A DNA stretch of 64,000 bases from Balanoglossus misakiensis. Lineage: Eukaryota > Animalia > Hemichordata. The stretch spans positions 1,767,344-1,831,343 of the forward strand of contig CM082584.2 in NCBI GenBank assembly GCA_040954595.2, read 5' to 3'. Of the stretch, positions 1-10,550 are shown one piece after another. Position 1 is the first letter of the stretch; the number at the start of each line of letters is the position of its first letter. The notes beneath the pieces were generated by a model. It did not search any database. It saw only the letters and a program-made list of their open reading frames with translations, and was not told the origin of the DNA. The translations under genes and the position numbers were made by a program.

Positions 1-313
1 AGATAAAAAAGGATGGAAAAATTCATGAGTGTCTAAGTCTTCTTTGAGATGTAAAATTATTATAGAGTTCACCATAACTATATGTATTTGAAATATTGAT
101 AATGAACAGAAACATTGTAAAGTTGGATCTTGCCTTTATCAGACGCATGTGTAAAAATGTATGTTAATTGAGTGGGATGTAAAAATGTACGTTAATTTGA
201 GTTGAATAAACATTACTTTAAAGAAAAAAAAAGAAAAAAATACATTTAAAAACCCAAAACAAACAGAAACAGTTCTGAAAGACAATCCCTATAAACCAAA
301 AAAACAATGGAAT

Positions 314-433
314 GAAATAGTGCTGAATAAAAAGACGAGTCTTTAAACCCCTTTGAAAACTGTTAATAGATCCAGCATTGCAGATAGAAGGTGCACAAAC
401 ACTGAATCCTCTTTAGCCATATGCCTTGTTAAG
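314..433 (-). mobile_element. Decayed 3' end of an L2-type LINE ORF2
   Basis: Minus strand translates as LNKAYG*RGFSVCAPSICNAGSINSFQRGLKTRLF. This matches the L2 C-terminal motif YGxRAFSxxAPxLWNxLPxxIRxxxSxxxFKxxLKTxLF, with a stop and an internal deletion. Confidence 0.6.
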
Positions 434-526
434 TTTTGAAATGATCATTCATGGTGATTAGTGATCAAGAATATACCCGTAAAAAAATTACTCTACCCTC
501 AGAGAAGCATTTTGTAATGTCTTTAA

Positions 527-1246
527 GGTGGCATTGCATGAAACCGTCGAGACTTTTTCAGAGGCCTATTTCTCATCAAAGACAACGTTAAAACCCCCAT
601 AAACCATATATATTCTGGAAGCTGAGTTTTTGAGCTTTTGTTTGAGTTGCATATATTATTGATCCCCGGAAATCGAGGCGTTTTTGGGTTAAAAAAAACA
701 TTTCTTGATATTATGTCATTACATTCAATTTAGGTAAAAAAGCTGACTTAATATGTCACTCGAAACTAGAGTACACGTGCAAAAAAAAAACACGGTAATT
801 TTGTTTTACGTTATCTGCTTTTATTGAGGAGTAACAGTGTTTGAGAGTTAGATTTTTAGAAAATTTGATCAAATTCACAGTGAGTTGTATTGAATCAGAG
901 TTTATTCCCGCCAGGGAAACTTTATCGACTAAAAAAATATGTTTTGATGGATGGGTCATACACAATACCCTATTAAAATTTGAGCAAATTCGGCCAACGC
1001 AGAGCGAAGCTAAATTCTTCTGAAGTTGTCAAGAGCAGCAAAAATGCAAACTGAGAAAAACGGCCATTTGCATTGTTGACACCTATTTGTTAAGCTGTGA
1101 ACTCATTCAGAAAAGTGCTATTTGGGGTGGTTATGCACCATTTCCGCCAAGACGTATTAGACAGGATGTTGATCAGTATTAGACCTACCGATTTATGTAA
1201 AAAAGTAAAATTTAGCAACAATCACAACTTTTCATGCAATGCCACC
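527..1246 (+). mobile_element. Non-autonomous TIR DNA transposon (Kolobok-type MITE), 720 bp, complete copy
   Basis: Perfect 17-bp TIRs GGTGGCATTGCATGAAA (527-543) and TTTCATGCAATGCCACC (1230-1246), with TTAA on both sides (523-526, 1247-1250). A TTAA TSD with GG..CC termini fits Kolobok rather than piggyBac (CC..GG). A second, inverted copy lies at 5446-6104. Confidence 0.9.
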
Positions 1247-1706
1247 TTAACATGAGATGAAAACTATATGAATTTTCTAAGTGTATATTTATTCTTTGCA
1301 GAGGTAATTTATTTAGCTATAGGTTGATAAGTTATGTTAATTTGATTGAGTTATGCATATAAGTAGTGAAAATACTTGCCAATGAATATATCAGACAGTC
1401 TTATAGTATCGTGTGAGGTTGATGACACATATTCTTAACCACATATTTCTTGATCATTTACACCAAAGTCCTCAATATCCATGGCGATCCTTTTCTAGGA
1501 ATTTTAACACTCTCTATCATTCTCATTTTAACAAAATCCCCTGAAACTTGTGTACCCTGTCAGTACGAGTGTGCTGTTGATTTCAAATTTTAAAATGTGT
1601 GCAATGGACAGACAAGATGTGTGTTTAGCTGATTGTAACCATAGTAATATACAATCCCCAAACAATGTAGCCACAGAAGAGACTAACAGAGACCACAGTT
1701 ACATAC

Positions 1707-1829
1707 CGCCACATGCATGGCCATCATCCAGCAGATAGAATCCTGGTCTGCAAGTGCAGAGATAACTACCATGGGTATTCTGACAATAGTGTTGACATGC
1801 ATTTCCACCACTGTGACATTCGTTCATAT
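1707..1829 (-). CDS. Single internal exon encoding a calcium-binding EGF-like domain (host gene not identifiable)
   Basis: Polypyrimidine tract plus ccag| acceptor and |gtatgt donor; 123 nt, phase 1-1. Translates (D)MNECHSGGNACQHYCQNTHGSYLCTCRPGFYLLDDGHACG, with six Cys, DxNEC and CxNTxGSYxCxC consensus and no stops. Confidence 0.85.
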
Positions 1830-1947
1830 CTGGAGGGTAAGAAGAAATTAGAAATAATTTACAAGCATTACATTATTCAAGATAAGCCTACTCTTGACTA
1901 CTGAAATCTCACACCAAAGACACCTGGGCTCAGATTTATAACAAGAT

Positions 1948-1992
1948 GGGGATAATTTGTCTCAATTTGATCATTTGAGACAAAATATCCCC
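1948..1992. other. 45-bp imperfect palindrome (probably a collapsed MITE remnant)
   Basis: GGGGATAATTTGTCTCAATTTGATCATTTGAGACAAAATATCCCC is nearly self-complementary around TGATCA. Confidence 0.6.
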
Positions 1993-2051
1993 AAACTTAT
2001 ATATTGTCGATGTAACATTATAACATAGTTATATCACTGTCAAGCATTTAT

Positions 2052-2122
2052 GTCCTACAGTCAAGCGGTTTTAGGCACCTGCAGTCATTTTGATGGAGTT
2101 GGTTTGAATCCCACCAGTGCCA
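2052..2122 (+). pseudogene. Degenerate tRNA-Leu-derived sequence (tRNA pseudogene or SINE head), anticodon arm missing
   Basis: GTCAAGCGGTTTTAGGCACCTG..CAGTCATTTTGATGGAGTTGGTTTGAATCCCACCAGTGCCA aligns with eukaryotic tRNA-Leu (GCCGAGCGGTCTAAGGCGCTG..CAGTCxxTTCGxxGGCGTGGGTTCGAATCCCACCGCTGCCA). The B-box is mutated to GGTTTGAATCC. Confidence 0.7.
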
Positions 2123-2796
2123 GAAGTGTGAGATGGTCAACTGGACTTGAGGCTTTTGAGTTGAACCAAACTTTATTTCTAAGTCTAGGAGCTGCATGCA
2201 CCAACTAAGGCCTAAACAATGGCTTCGAGATTGAAGAGAACTCACAAACACATGCAATCACTTTTATAGGAGTAAACAGGTGTTAAAATAACATGTAAAT
2301 TTTAGAGTTTTTTTGTTTAATAGGATTTGTATTCAAATTCTATTTCTGAGTCTTACACAGTGATGACCTTTTGTCATGCATTGATGTCATGCAACCACTC
2401 ACTAATTACACACATGTGTTGGTGAGTATCTACAACCACATGTTGAAAGAACCTCTTTAAATTTGACACCTGCAATCCAAACAATTTCTTCAGTCCCTTT
2501 GGTGTTAGACGGGTTTGACTGTACTTGAAAGTGCAGTTGATATACAGAACAAAATTCTAAAAAAAATAGAAATTGCAGACAGTGACCCTTTAAAGACCCT
2601 ACTCAACAGTGAGTCAAAACCTTTCTTTCCAATAAACAGTTGCGTGCTAACACAAAGGATTTCTTATTTGCCTTCATTGTCCTGCCCTGGGATTGAGAAA
2701 ATGGCCTTTAATATGTAAAGTGTCAGTTGAAGATGCATGGCAGTACAATTGACACGATCCTTCAATTTTACAGTGCAATTATAAGATAATACTTAC

Positions 2797-2900
2797 AAAT
2801 CCTCCAGACATTATTCTGAAGAGAGATCTGTATGCTTCCTGGTTGTTATTCATAAACTGGAACTCCACAGTGCGTGAGTTGCAAAACATGGCAGTGATTG
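2797..2900 (-). pseudogene. MED25: MED25 ACID/PTOV-domain exon, frameshifted
   Basis: Acceptor cccctacag| and donor |gtaagt. Translates QSL-(frameshift)-MFCNSRTVEFQFMNNNQEAYRSLFRIMSGGF, against human [36 protein letters not shown] as recalled. The exon is 104 nt rather than the 108 nt needed for those 36 aa. Confidence 0.85.
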
Positions 2901-3552
2901 CTGTAGGGGAAACATTGACACCTACATAACTCATAGAATACAGCTCCATGTATGGTATACCAGGTTCACACAGGGTAAAACTTGAGGCACTATTTGCCTA
3001 TGGTAAACACAGAGCATTAATCATTTGAGTCGCCTTGTGTCCACACACACAAAGTTTATGTATAGGCACTGAGGCTCAGCCCCATAGATGGGTTGCGGAG
3101 AGGTGTTAATCTTTCCACCAGCTCAGGTCTGGCTGGCAAAGCCGTCTCAAATCTGAGATGTTTCAGGACCAAGTTAAACCATTTACACATAATAATTTAC
3201 GCCAGTACTTGATCTGAGACGTTTCAGAATCGTCTTAATGGTCCCTATGTGACCCCCATTAAAGGAGAGAAATAGATTGTCGTATTGGGCAAATTCTATT
3301 CAATTGTGTTACTAATATATTCTGTTTGATTTGATTTTGCCAAGTGGATAATATTGCTTTGAATTTCTAACATTCAGTGACCCAGTCTTCTAAAATTTGG
3401 CAACATTGTTCTGTGGCACAACATCGAGTGATAGTGCCCTCACACATGGAATTTGGCAATACTGCCTTCATGCATGAAAACAAATAGTGATACATACTGT
3501 CTCTCACTTTCAAAAACAATGTTATCCACACAAAAATCAACAGTGTACATAC

Positions 3553-3696
3553 CAGTAATTGTTGTGGGATAAGCCGCATGACCAGCTTTGTGAGCCAATT
3601 ATCAGCCTGTAATTTGCCAGTTGGAGATGCAATCACACTGCAAGCCACTGATCTTGTGACTCTTGCTGTAGGGTCCTGAGAGGCACCTCTAAGATT
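3553..3696 (-). pseudogene. MED25: MED25 ACID/PTOV-domain exon, acceptor apparently mutated
   Basis: NLRGASQDPTARVTRSVACSVIASPTGKLQADNWLTKLVMRLIPQQLL aligns without gaps to human [48 protein letters not shown] as recalled. Donor is |gtatgt. The polypyrimidine tract ends in ttcttCAA rather than CAG at the aligned start. Confidence 0.85.
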
Positions 3697-4020
3697 TTGA
3701 AGAAAAACAAATATAAGATGACTGTGAGTGTCAGTGTGAGTGTGAAACATATCAAAAACAGAGAAAGCAAAAATGTGAACAAATGGGCCGAGCGCACAGG
3801 AACACAACAGACATATCACTCAAACTGATTCAATAACTTCAGGCACTATCAGAACTGATTTGATGGCTGCATCATACCATTATATATTTCACCTCTATTT
3901 ATGCCATGATAGATAGGTAGGCAATACTTTTCATAGTGACTAGTGCAATACACCAAGCTATAATGGGCTGATTTGTCAATTTAAATAACGATACATTCTC
4001 ATACACGCACAAAAAGAAGT

Positions 4021-4215
4021 AAAAATCGTGTAAAGGACACGGTGGTCCCATTGAGTGATTACACAAGAAAAAGTCTACACCTGAGTACATGGCCATATAC
4101 AGACAGACAGACACACACACACACGTACACACACATAGCGAGAGATCAACAGGTTAACACTGACTGACCCATAAGCTACCAATGATGTGCGTACTGTACA
4201 TACACCAAATAAAAC
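4021..4215 (-). mobile_element. Short, internally deleted Helentron-type (HINE) element related to the one at 25399-26911
   Basis: AAGGACACGGTGGTCCCATT (4033-4052) matches AAGGACACTGTGGTCCCATT at 25406-25425. It has a CGTGT/ACACG stem-loop next to an A-run and an (ACAG)n(AC)n microsatellite at ~4098-4135. Confidence 0.6.
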
Positions 4216-4643
4216 AGCTGGTCTCATTAACATTTGGCCAGTTATGTAAGCATGCAGGAATTTGCTGTGGATACAAATGTCAGTAGGGGTTTAGTGGCAA
4301 TTGCTCTTCGTGAGATAAAATTGTTTGTGGTATAAGACAAAATATTGTACAAAATATGGAAGTTCCAAATTACCTATGATATGTTTGTATCAAAATTGGA
4401 AAATATGCCTCCCCCCCAAAAAAAAAATAAAATAAATAAGACAGTGTCCCACAAAACATTAAAACTGTCATCATAGGTTTTGCAAATCATCATGAGAACT
4501 CACCCAGAAACCTTCAAATCAAATTTCAAAGCAATGGAGGTAGAGGGTTCTGAGAAAGAGTTTGACGGCAAAAAACACCCCAAAAATATATAGTGAAAGC
4601 TGTCATTACGGACACCTCTCTAATCAGGACACCTCTCTATTAA

Positions 4644-5445
4644 AGGCACGTAAGCTGCAACTGGATAAAAAATGAAAGTTTTAAGATGGGTCCCCCGGAT
4701 CTTTTTGCCCGTTGCTATGGGCCTTTGCAGGACATTACACCCCGATTTGGACTAAGCCGTTGTCAGAGTCTAACAAGGGGCTGGTAACTAGTTGAAAATC
4801 TGCACGATTGTGAGCGCGCGCCCCCTGACGCCATTGATATGCAAATTAGCTAGGTCAAATTTCAAAAGCCTAAGGCTTTTTATTCCGTGACCTCAAAAAC
4901 AAACTTGATACGTATTCATTAGTTGCTTGAACCAGGGAAGATCGTGATGGATTTTGTTTTCGAATATTATCGTTGTATCCTACGATTTCAGCATACCCGT
5001 ACCACACCTGAAAAAGTCATCGATTTTGGGTGTTTTTGGACGCACTCTTCCACCGGTATCGCTTCTTAGCACGACGAAAATCGAAAAAACGATCCGTCAC
5101 ACTGTGCGGAAGTGCGTTCTCAACAAACAGGTCAAATTTGACTGGCATGCGTGGCCTATGAAAAAAGCCTTAGGGATTTTCGTGAACGGTACAAAATCTC
5201 TGTGTACAAAACATTGGATTTTTAGCGTTCGATCCAGTTACTGTGGTTACAGGACGCACACGCTATCGCTGACCGCTGCTTTGCCGTATTAGCGTGGCGG
5301 CCTATGGCCGGGCGGTAGCTGCCATAAACATACTCGGACAAGGGGTGTGCACACAATCGTGTGTATTTTTAGCTAGTTACAAGCCCCTTGTCGGACATTC
5401 ATAACGGTTTCGATTAAAATTGAGTGTAGTGTCCTATAAAGGCCC
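4644..5445 (+). mobile_element. Second Kolobok-type non-autonomous element, right terminus lost
   Basis: Starts TTAA|AGGCACG (TTAA at 4640-4643). It has ~105-bp imperfect subterminal inverted arms at 4719-4825 and 5341-5445 (GGGCCTTT..GGACA..ACAAGGGGCT.GTAACTAG..CACGATTGTG). Confidence 0.65.
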
Positions 5446-6104
5446 ACACCCTGACTAATACGTCTTGGCGGAAATGGTGCATAATCACCCCAAAATAGCA
5501 CTTTTCTGAATGAGTTCACAGCTTAACAAATAGGTGTCAACAATGCAAATGGCCGTTTTTCTCAGTTTGCATTTTCGCTGCTCTTGACAACTTCAGACGA
5601 AAATAGCTTAGCTCTGCGTAGGCCGAATTTGCTCAAATTTTATCTGGGGATTGTGTATGACCCATCTAACAAAACGGTATTTTTGATAGTCGATAAAGTG
5701 TCCCTGGCGGGAATAAACTCTGATTCAATACAACTCACCGTGAATTTGATCAAATTTTACTAAAAATCTAACTTTCAAACGCTGTTACTCCTCAATGGAA
5801 GCAGATAACGCAAAACAAAATTACCGTTTTTTTTGCACGTGTACTCTAGTTTCGAATGACATATTAAGATGCATGATGCATGGTCAACTTTTTTACCTAT
5901 TTTAAATTTCATGACATAATATCAAAAAATGTGTTTTTTTCACCCACAATCGCCACCATTTCCGGGGATCAATAATATTTGCAACTCAAACAAAAGTTCA
6001 AAATCTCAGCTTCCAGAATATATATGGTTTATGGGGGTTTTAACTTTGTCTTTGATGAGAAATAGGCCTCTGAAAAAGTATCGACGGTTTCATGCAGTGC
6101 CACC
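5446..6104 (-). mobile_element. Inverted, one-end-truncated copy of the 527-1246 Kolobok-type MITE
   Basis: Reverse complement of ~527-1168 with high similarity. Ends TTTCATGCAGTGCCACC|TTAA (6105-6108) and lacks the last ~78 bp including the other TIR. Confidence 0.9.
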
Positions 6105-6700
6105 TTAACATGTCATAGTTTACTGTGTACTGACTGGTTCAAGTGGTGTCCTTTTGTCAGCCAGGCCGTTTCGAATCCACTAGAGTCTCCGGATAATACG
6201 CGGACATGAACACATGCATAAACACAGGGTCACTGCTTGACTCCTCGACTGTGATTTACATCGCCGAAAAAGAGCAGCAAATCACCATCAATCACCCAAC
6301 GCTCGTGCAGGACAGCGATCTGCAGTTGAAATAGAATAATAGTCGGCTGGGCAAAGAAACGATTTAGTTCATTTACATTTGTACACGATTATGAGAAACA
6401 CGTTTTTATTGGATAGAGTTCCATTAATAATTTCGGCCTCTTCTGCCAACGCGTTACCTGTGTCCTTAGAGTGGCCGTGGTTGCGATAATGCACGTAAAA
6501 CAGCTGTATGAACCCTAGGTAAGGATAATTCCTGACTTTATCGCGATCTGGTTTTAAAATACAACAACTTCAAAAAACGCTTTTGATTTTCCCCCATAGG
6601 CTTTCTGCTAGATTTTCGGTTGTTCCAATGACAGTGAAAGCACCCACTGTCTAGTATGTAACACAAAACTCGTAAAGCCAGATGCGAGACCGCAGATCCC

Positions 6701-7407
6701 ATTCAAAAAGACACGAACGCTAAAACCCAAGTTCACACCGATACGTGCCAGTATCTTGGTCATTCCGGCGTGTCTCCCTGCCAGTGTCCAAAACGTTTAA
6801 AAGCTGCTACCCTAAGAAATATGGTATCCAAATTAAAAACATTTTATCTCATTATATACAAGACAAAACCCAGCAGAGGCATACATTGTTGTAAAATACA
6901 TTAAAATATGTCTGAGGAGTAAGCTAAGGCTTACGTAACACCATAACAAGCCCCGCCACTCTTTATACAAAAGATGAACAGTATATTTCATCATATTATG
7001 CAGAAGATTGGTGTCGCAAAGTCAACTACACAAATATACATTCTAGCAAGGGATCTAGCATTTTACAAGGCGCTGTTCTTCTCTGGTGATAGGGCTGGGG
7101 ATTTGGGAAATGTGAAAACACAAGAGATATTACGTTTTCCAGACAACTCCGGATATTGTTTAATCACACCTTTGGAAAGACGCTAAGGGGAGGCCCATCT
7201 TATTTGTTTGCGATAATAAGATGCGAAGACATTTTTTTTTGTCCGGTAAACAGCATAGAACAATACATCTGATTAGCAAAGAACTTAGGTATTGATCTGA
7301 GCAGAGGACATCTCTTCCGACCGACAACCTCAAGCGTAGACATTGAACAACGCCCTCTAACATCACAAGTGTCGTATCAGCGCCTAGAGCTATACCTTCA
7401 AGTATAC
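6701..7407 (+). pseudogene. Broken ALOG-domain tyrosine recombinase of a DIRS1-like retrotransposon
   Basis: Stitched frames give KDTNAKTQVHTDTCQYLGHSGVSPCQCPKRLKAATLRNMVSKLKTF..NPAEAYIVVKYI..EE*AKAYVTP*QAPPLF (ALOG: KTxVHxxxC..CxCPxR..NP..VxxY..Q). They continue as ARDLAFYKALFFSGDRAGDLG (catalytic Arg), then LFNHTFGKTLRGG..CPVNSIEQYI*..GHLFRP. Several stops and frameshifts; the C-terminal HxxR/Tyr is not seen. Confidence 0.8.
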
Positions 7408-8298
7408 AAAGCCCAACCACGTAGCGATATCATTACGCCAGGGGTTAAGTAGTATAAATGAAAGAAGAAGTTCCCTGGACGTCTGTCATTCCTCACACAG
7501 ATAGAGCCAGGCTGCCGTAGGAATGGTATAATGGCGTTACAATGACACGAGCAGTAAAAGTAGGTGCATACAAGAGATAAAGGAAATGAAGATGCGCTAA
7601 CCGCCAACCCACCCGGAAGATGGTTTAATCTTTCACATGGATGTAGCCTCCACAATACCCGCAGCCCCAATCCTTCACAATAGGCTATATTCATGAGCGG
7701 AGCGATTGGGCTTCAAATATTATATAATATCAATTCAATCATTGTCTCCTTTCATTTTTTAGAACTTCAATTTTCCGAGCAATTATGACCAACCAGTGCT
7801 TGTGTGTTTGTGTTTCAAATTTCTAGCGATTCAAAAAGCGACATTATATGTAATTATTAAACTTTAACATCATATAAAAGGCACTTTCTAAAAATGTCTT
7901 AACATTGCTAATCATATGTTTCCCTTCCCTGTGAAAGGTGAAAGTGTCTCTTCACCTGTACATTATTACAGCGTTAATGTAATGTTCTCGCCCTCACGCG
8001 CGTCACTGCATGAACGAACGAGAGACGCACACGACGTCCAAGGCTTGTGAACTGTGGCGGTGGTCAGTAGTGAATTTAACAGGCGTCGTTTAGCAACACT
8101 CGACAGCCTGAAATTGTCAGATTGGTTTCAAAATCTTGTATTGATAAAATGTACGTGGGTCAGTAAGAGCAAAGGTCAGTGTGACATCACAGATCACAGT
8201 ATTGTCAACATCTACTCAGTCGTGCCTGACCAACGATAGCAGTTAAATATTTTTCACACGTCACTATTTTTCGCATTGTGCCATTATAAAACACGTAC

Positions 8299-8342
8299 CT
8301 CCTCTCTGTAATTTCTTTCAATTCCCTTAGCCACTTTGGGCG
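8299..8342 (-). other. Possible 44-nt micro-exon of unknown identity
   Basis: Strong splice signals ttctcttatacag| and gag|gtacgt around a purine-rich stretch with two open frames. No recognisable protein motif. Confidence 0.25.
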
Positions 8343-9535
8343 CTGTATAAGAGAACAATGGCGATGGTCAATGCATCCTATCGACCGTCTGTATTGCTGT
8401 TTGTCCGTTTTATTTCTCTCTAAATATTTGATTTTTTAAATTTCTTGTTTATTTATTTCTCCATTGTTCGTATACTTTATTTAATCATTACACTATTACA
8501 TCCTTCGTGATTTTGTTGATTATAAATAGAGCTTCGTAAATCCGGAAGTAAAAATAATTATGTCAAATATACAAAATTTATTAAATTTGCGTGAATCACT
8601 CGAGAACTATGACGTCATTCTTCTACCTTATCAATGCCGTTGCTATGAAGTTGGTTGCTATAGACTGTCACTGAGTTAGTGTCCTGACTGTGTATGTAGA
8701 TCCAATCATTTTGACGGCGTGTCATTTAGAAATCTGTGTTGAGTGTACTGAGTTCGAGACTTAAGTTGCAATGATTTAACTTTTGTGTACAAGTTTAAAA
8801 CTTGAAGTGAATGCTTCCTGGGCTGTCCGCCTATGCCCGGAGATCGTCAAGAAAGGTCTGTGAGGGGAAAGCCGAAGTCTCCTTAACATGAAAATGTTCA
8901 AGTATTTATAATAAAAATGTACATATTTGTGCTATTGTTCACAAACCAAGTTAACATTGCATACAACTGAACCCTATTGGAAACACATGGCGCACAATAC
9001 CAGTTTAGAACAGCGCAAAACAAGGCGGGAATGTTTAATAGCTCACAAATACTGCCATACTGTTTGTATGGTCTTCACATCAAAACTAACGACGGGATTG
9101 TGACCCGTACGCAAAGTCATAGACCTGACATACGAAATGTTCTCATTTCGCAATTAAACGAATTTTAATAAACAATAAATGAATATGATATAAGCATTTA
9201 AATTATAACAGTGTCATGAAACTTTGGCAAATTCTCAGTTATTTTAATTTTCTCATTTTCGTCACATTGTGACGTTCCTCGAATTTCACTTGACCAGGTA
9301 GCCTACGTCATGTTATATGTTAGGATACTGGTGTTTCACATCAAATGCAACACAGTCTGGCAGTGACAACAACTGCTCTAAGTAGGCCTAGTTTATTTAT
9401 GTGAGCTGAAGACCCTTGCATGATAGAAATGTTAGTATTATTTTCTTCAACAGAATATCTGTACGTGCGATAAAAATGACGGAGAAGTCCCAGTCTCTGC
9501 TGAACGACATTATATTTACAATTTATTGGTTCACA

Positions 9536-10550
9536 TATAAACTATTTAGAGAATAATGAACGCCCCAAAGACCTATAATGGACGAAAGCACACATTGTGC
9601 GTCATAATATACGAGGCGAAGCCGAGTTTATTATGGAGCACAATGTGTGCTTGAGTCCATTATGGGTCTTTGGGGCGTTCATTATTCTCATTATTTTATA
9701 GTTTTGTCAATGCCAGTGAATTTGCAGACTTCAAAAAGTATAGGTGCAAACAATTCAGACTCGGACACGGAGATCGAGAACAGAGCAATGGCTTATGCGT
9801 AAACAAAAGGTCACCTGATCGAGGTGTGTCAGTGTACTGTACATTTCTAGTATCATATTAAAACATCAGGAAATAAATAATGAAGGTTTATTTACGCATG
9901 TGAAAATTCATTTAAGGGTTCTGCTGAAATATATCTGAAAAAGTTTCGATTTTTGTGTAATCTTGGGGAGGACTCGGGGAATATTTGAATTCGTTTGCGT
10001 TCTCAGGAAAGTTCACGTATACGGGCGCTCGGAAGGTTGCAATACATAAACAAACTCGCCCTCGATCGACCCTTCGTACCGCATAGACAACATGACAAGT
10101 GACACTTGCGGCATATTTTTTTACATATAGCTTCGTTGACATGACTGCTTGGTACATGGTACACGGTATGTATGGTGAACGAATGTCAAATCCAGCATCA
10201 TGGAGAGGTTTGCTTTACGTGCGTGAGCGAGCCATGTTGACTGCGCGTGATTCAAGAGCAGACGACATGTACTGCAGCCGTAGGAAGAAAAAAATAAACA
10301 AAACGCCAGCCGAGGACAGATTTGGAAATTAATAAATATCGCCGTATTTATTCTGTGTACGTTTGCATTTCTTTTTTTAGCCCTTAAAATGTTCGCATTG
10401 TTTGAAATCCTCCGTTATTCAGTCGGAAATTGTACACGTCCACTGGTTCTTGGGCGCGTCGCGCGTCCATCGAATAACACATACATTATCAGTAATAATG
10501 TAAAGCTATGACGTCACACAATTCACTGGTATTGATAAAGCTATTATATA
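9536..10550. mobile_element. Non-autonomous element with a ~140-bp terminal hairpin and an internal/terminal inverted repeat (Crypton-like architecture)
   Basis: Hairpin at 9549-9689 (GAGAATAATGAACGCCCCAAAGACC...GGTCTTTGGGGCGTTCATTATTCTC) centred on GGC-GAA-GCC. A second inverted pair lies at 9698-9722 (ATAGTTTTGTCAATGCCAGTGAATT) and 10520-10544 (AATTCACTGGTATTGATAAAGCTAT). Family assignment is inference. Confidence 0.65.

Noticed and set aside
527-1246. piggyBac assignment for the TTAA-flanked element
   Set aside because: Termini are GG..CC rather than the CC..GG typical of piggyBac, so Kolobok-type fits better. No transposase is present to confirm either.
1707-3696. Functional MED25-EGF chimeric gene
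   Set aside because: Splice phases are incompatible (the MED25 exon ends in phase 0 if intact, or phase 2 as it stands, while the EGF exon starts in phase 1), and the frameshifted MED25 exon hits a stop.
3367-3819. 150-aa ORF as a complete gene
   Set aside because: Only 3553-3696 is MED25-like; the rest is intron read-through past a clear GT donor.
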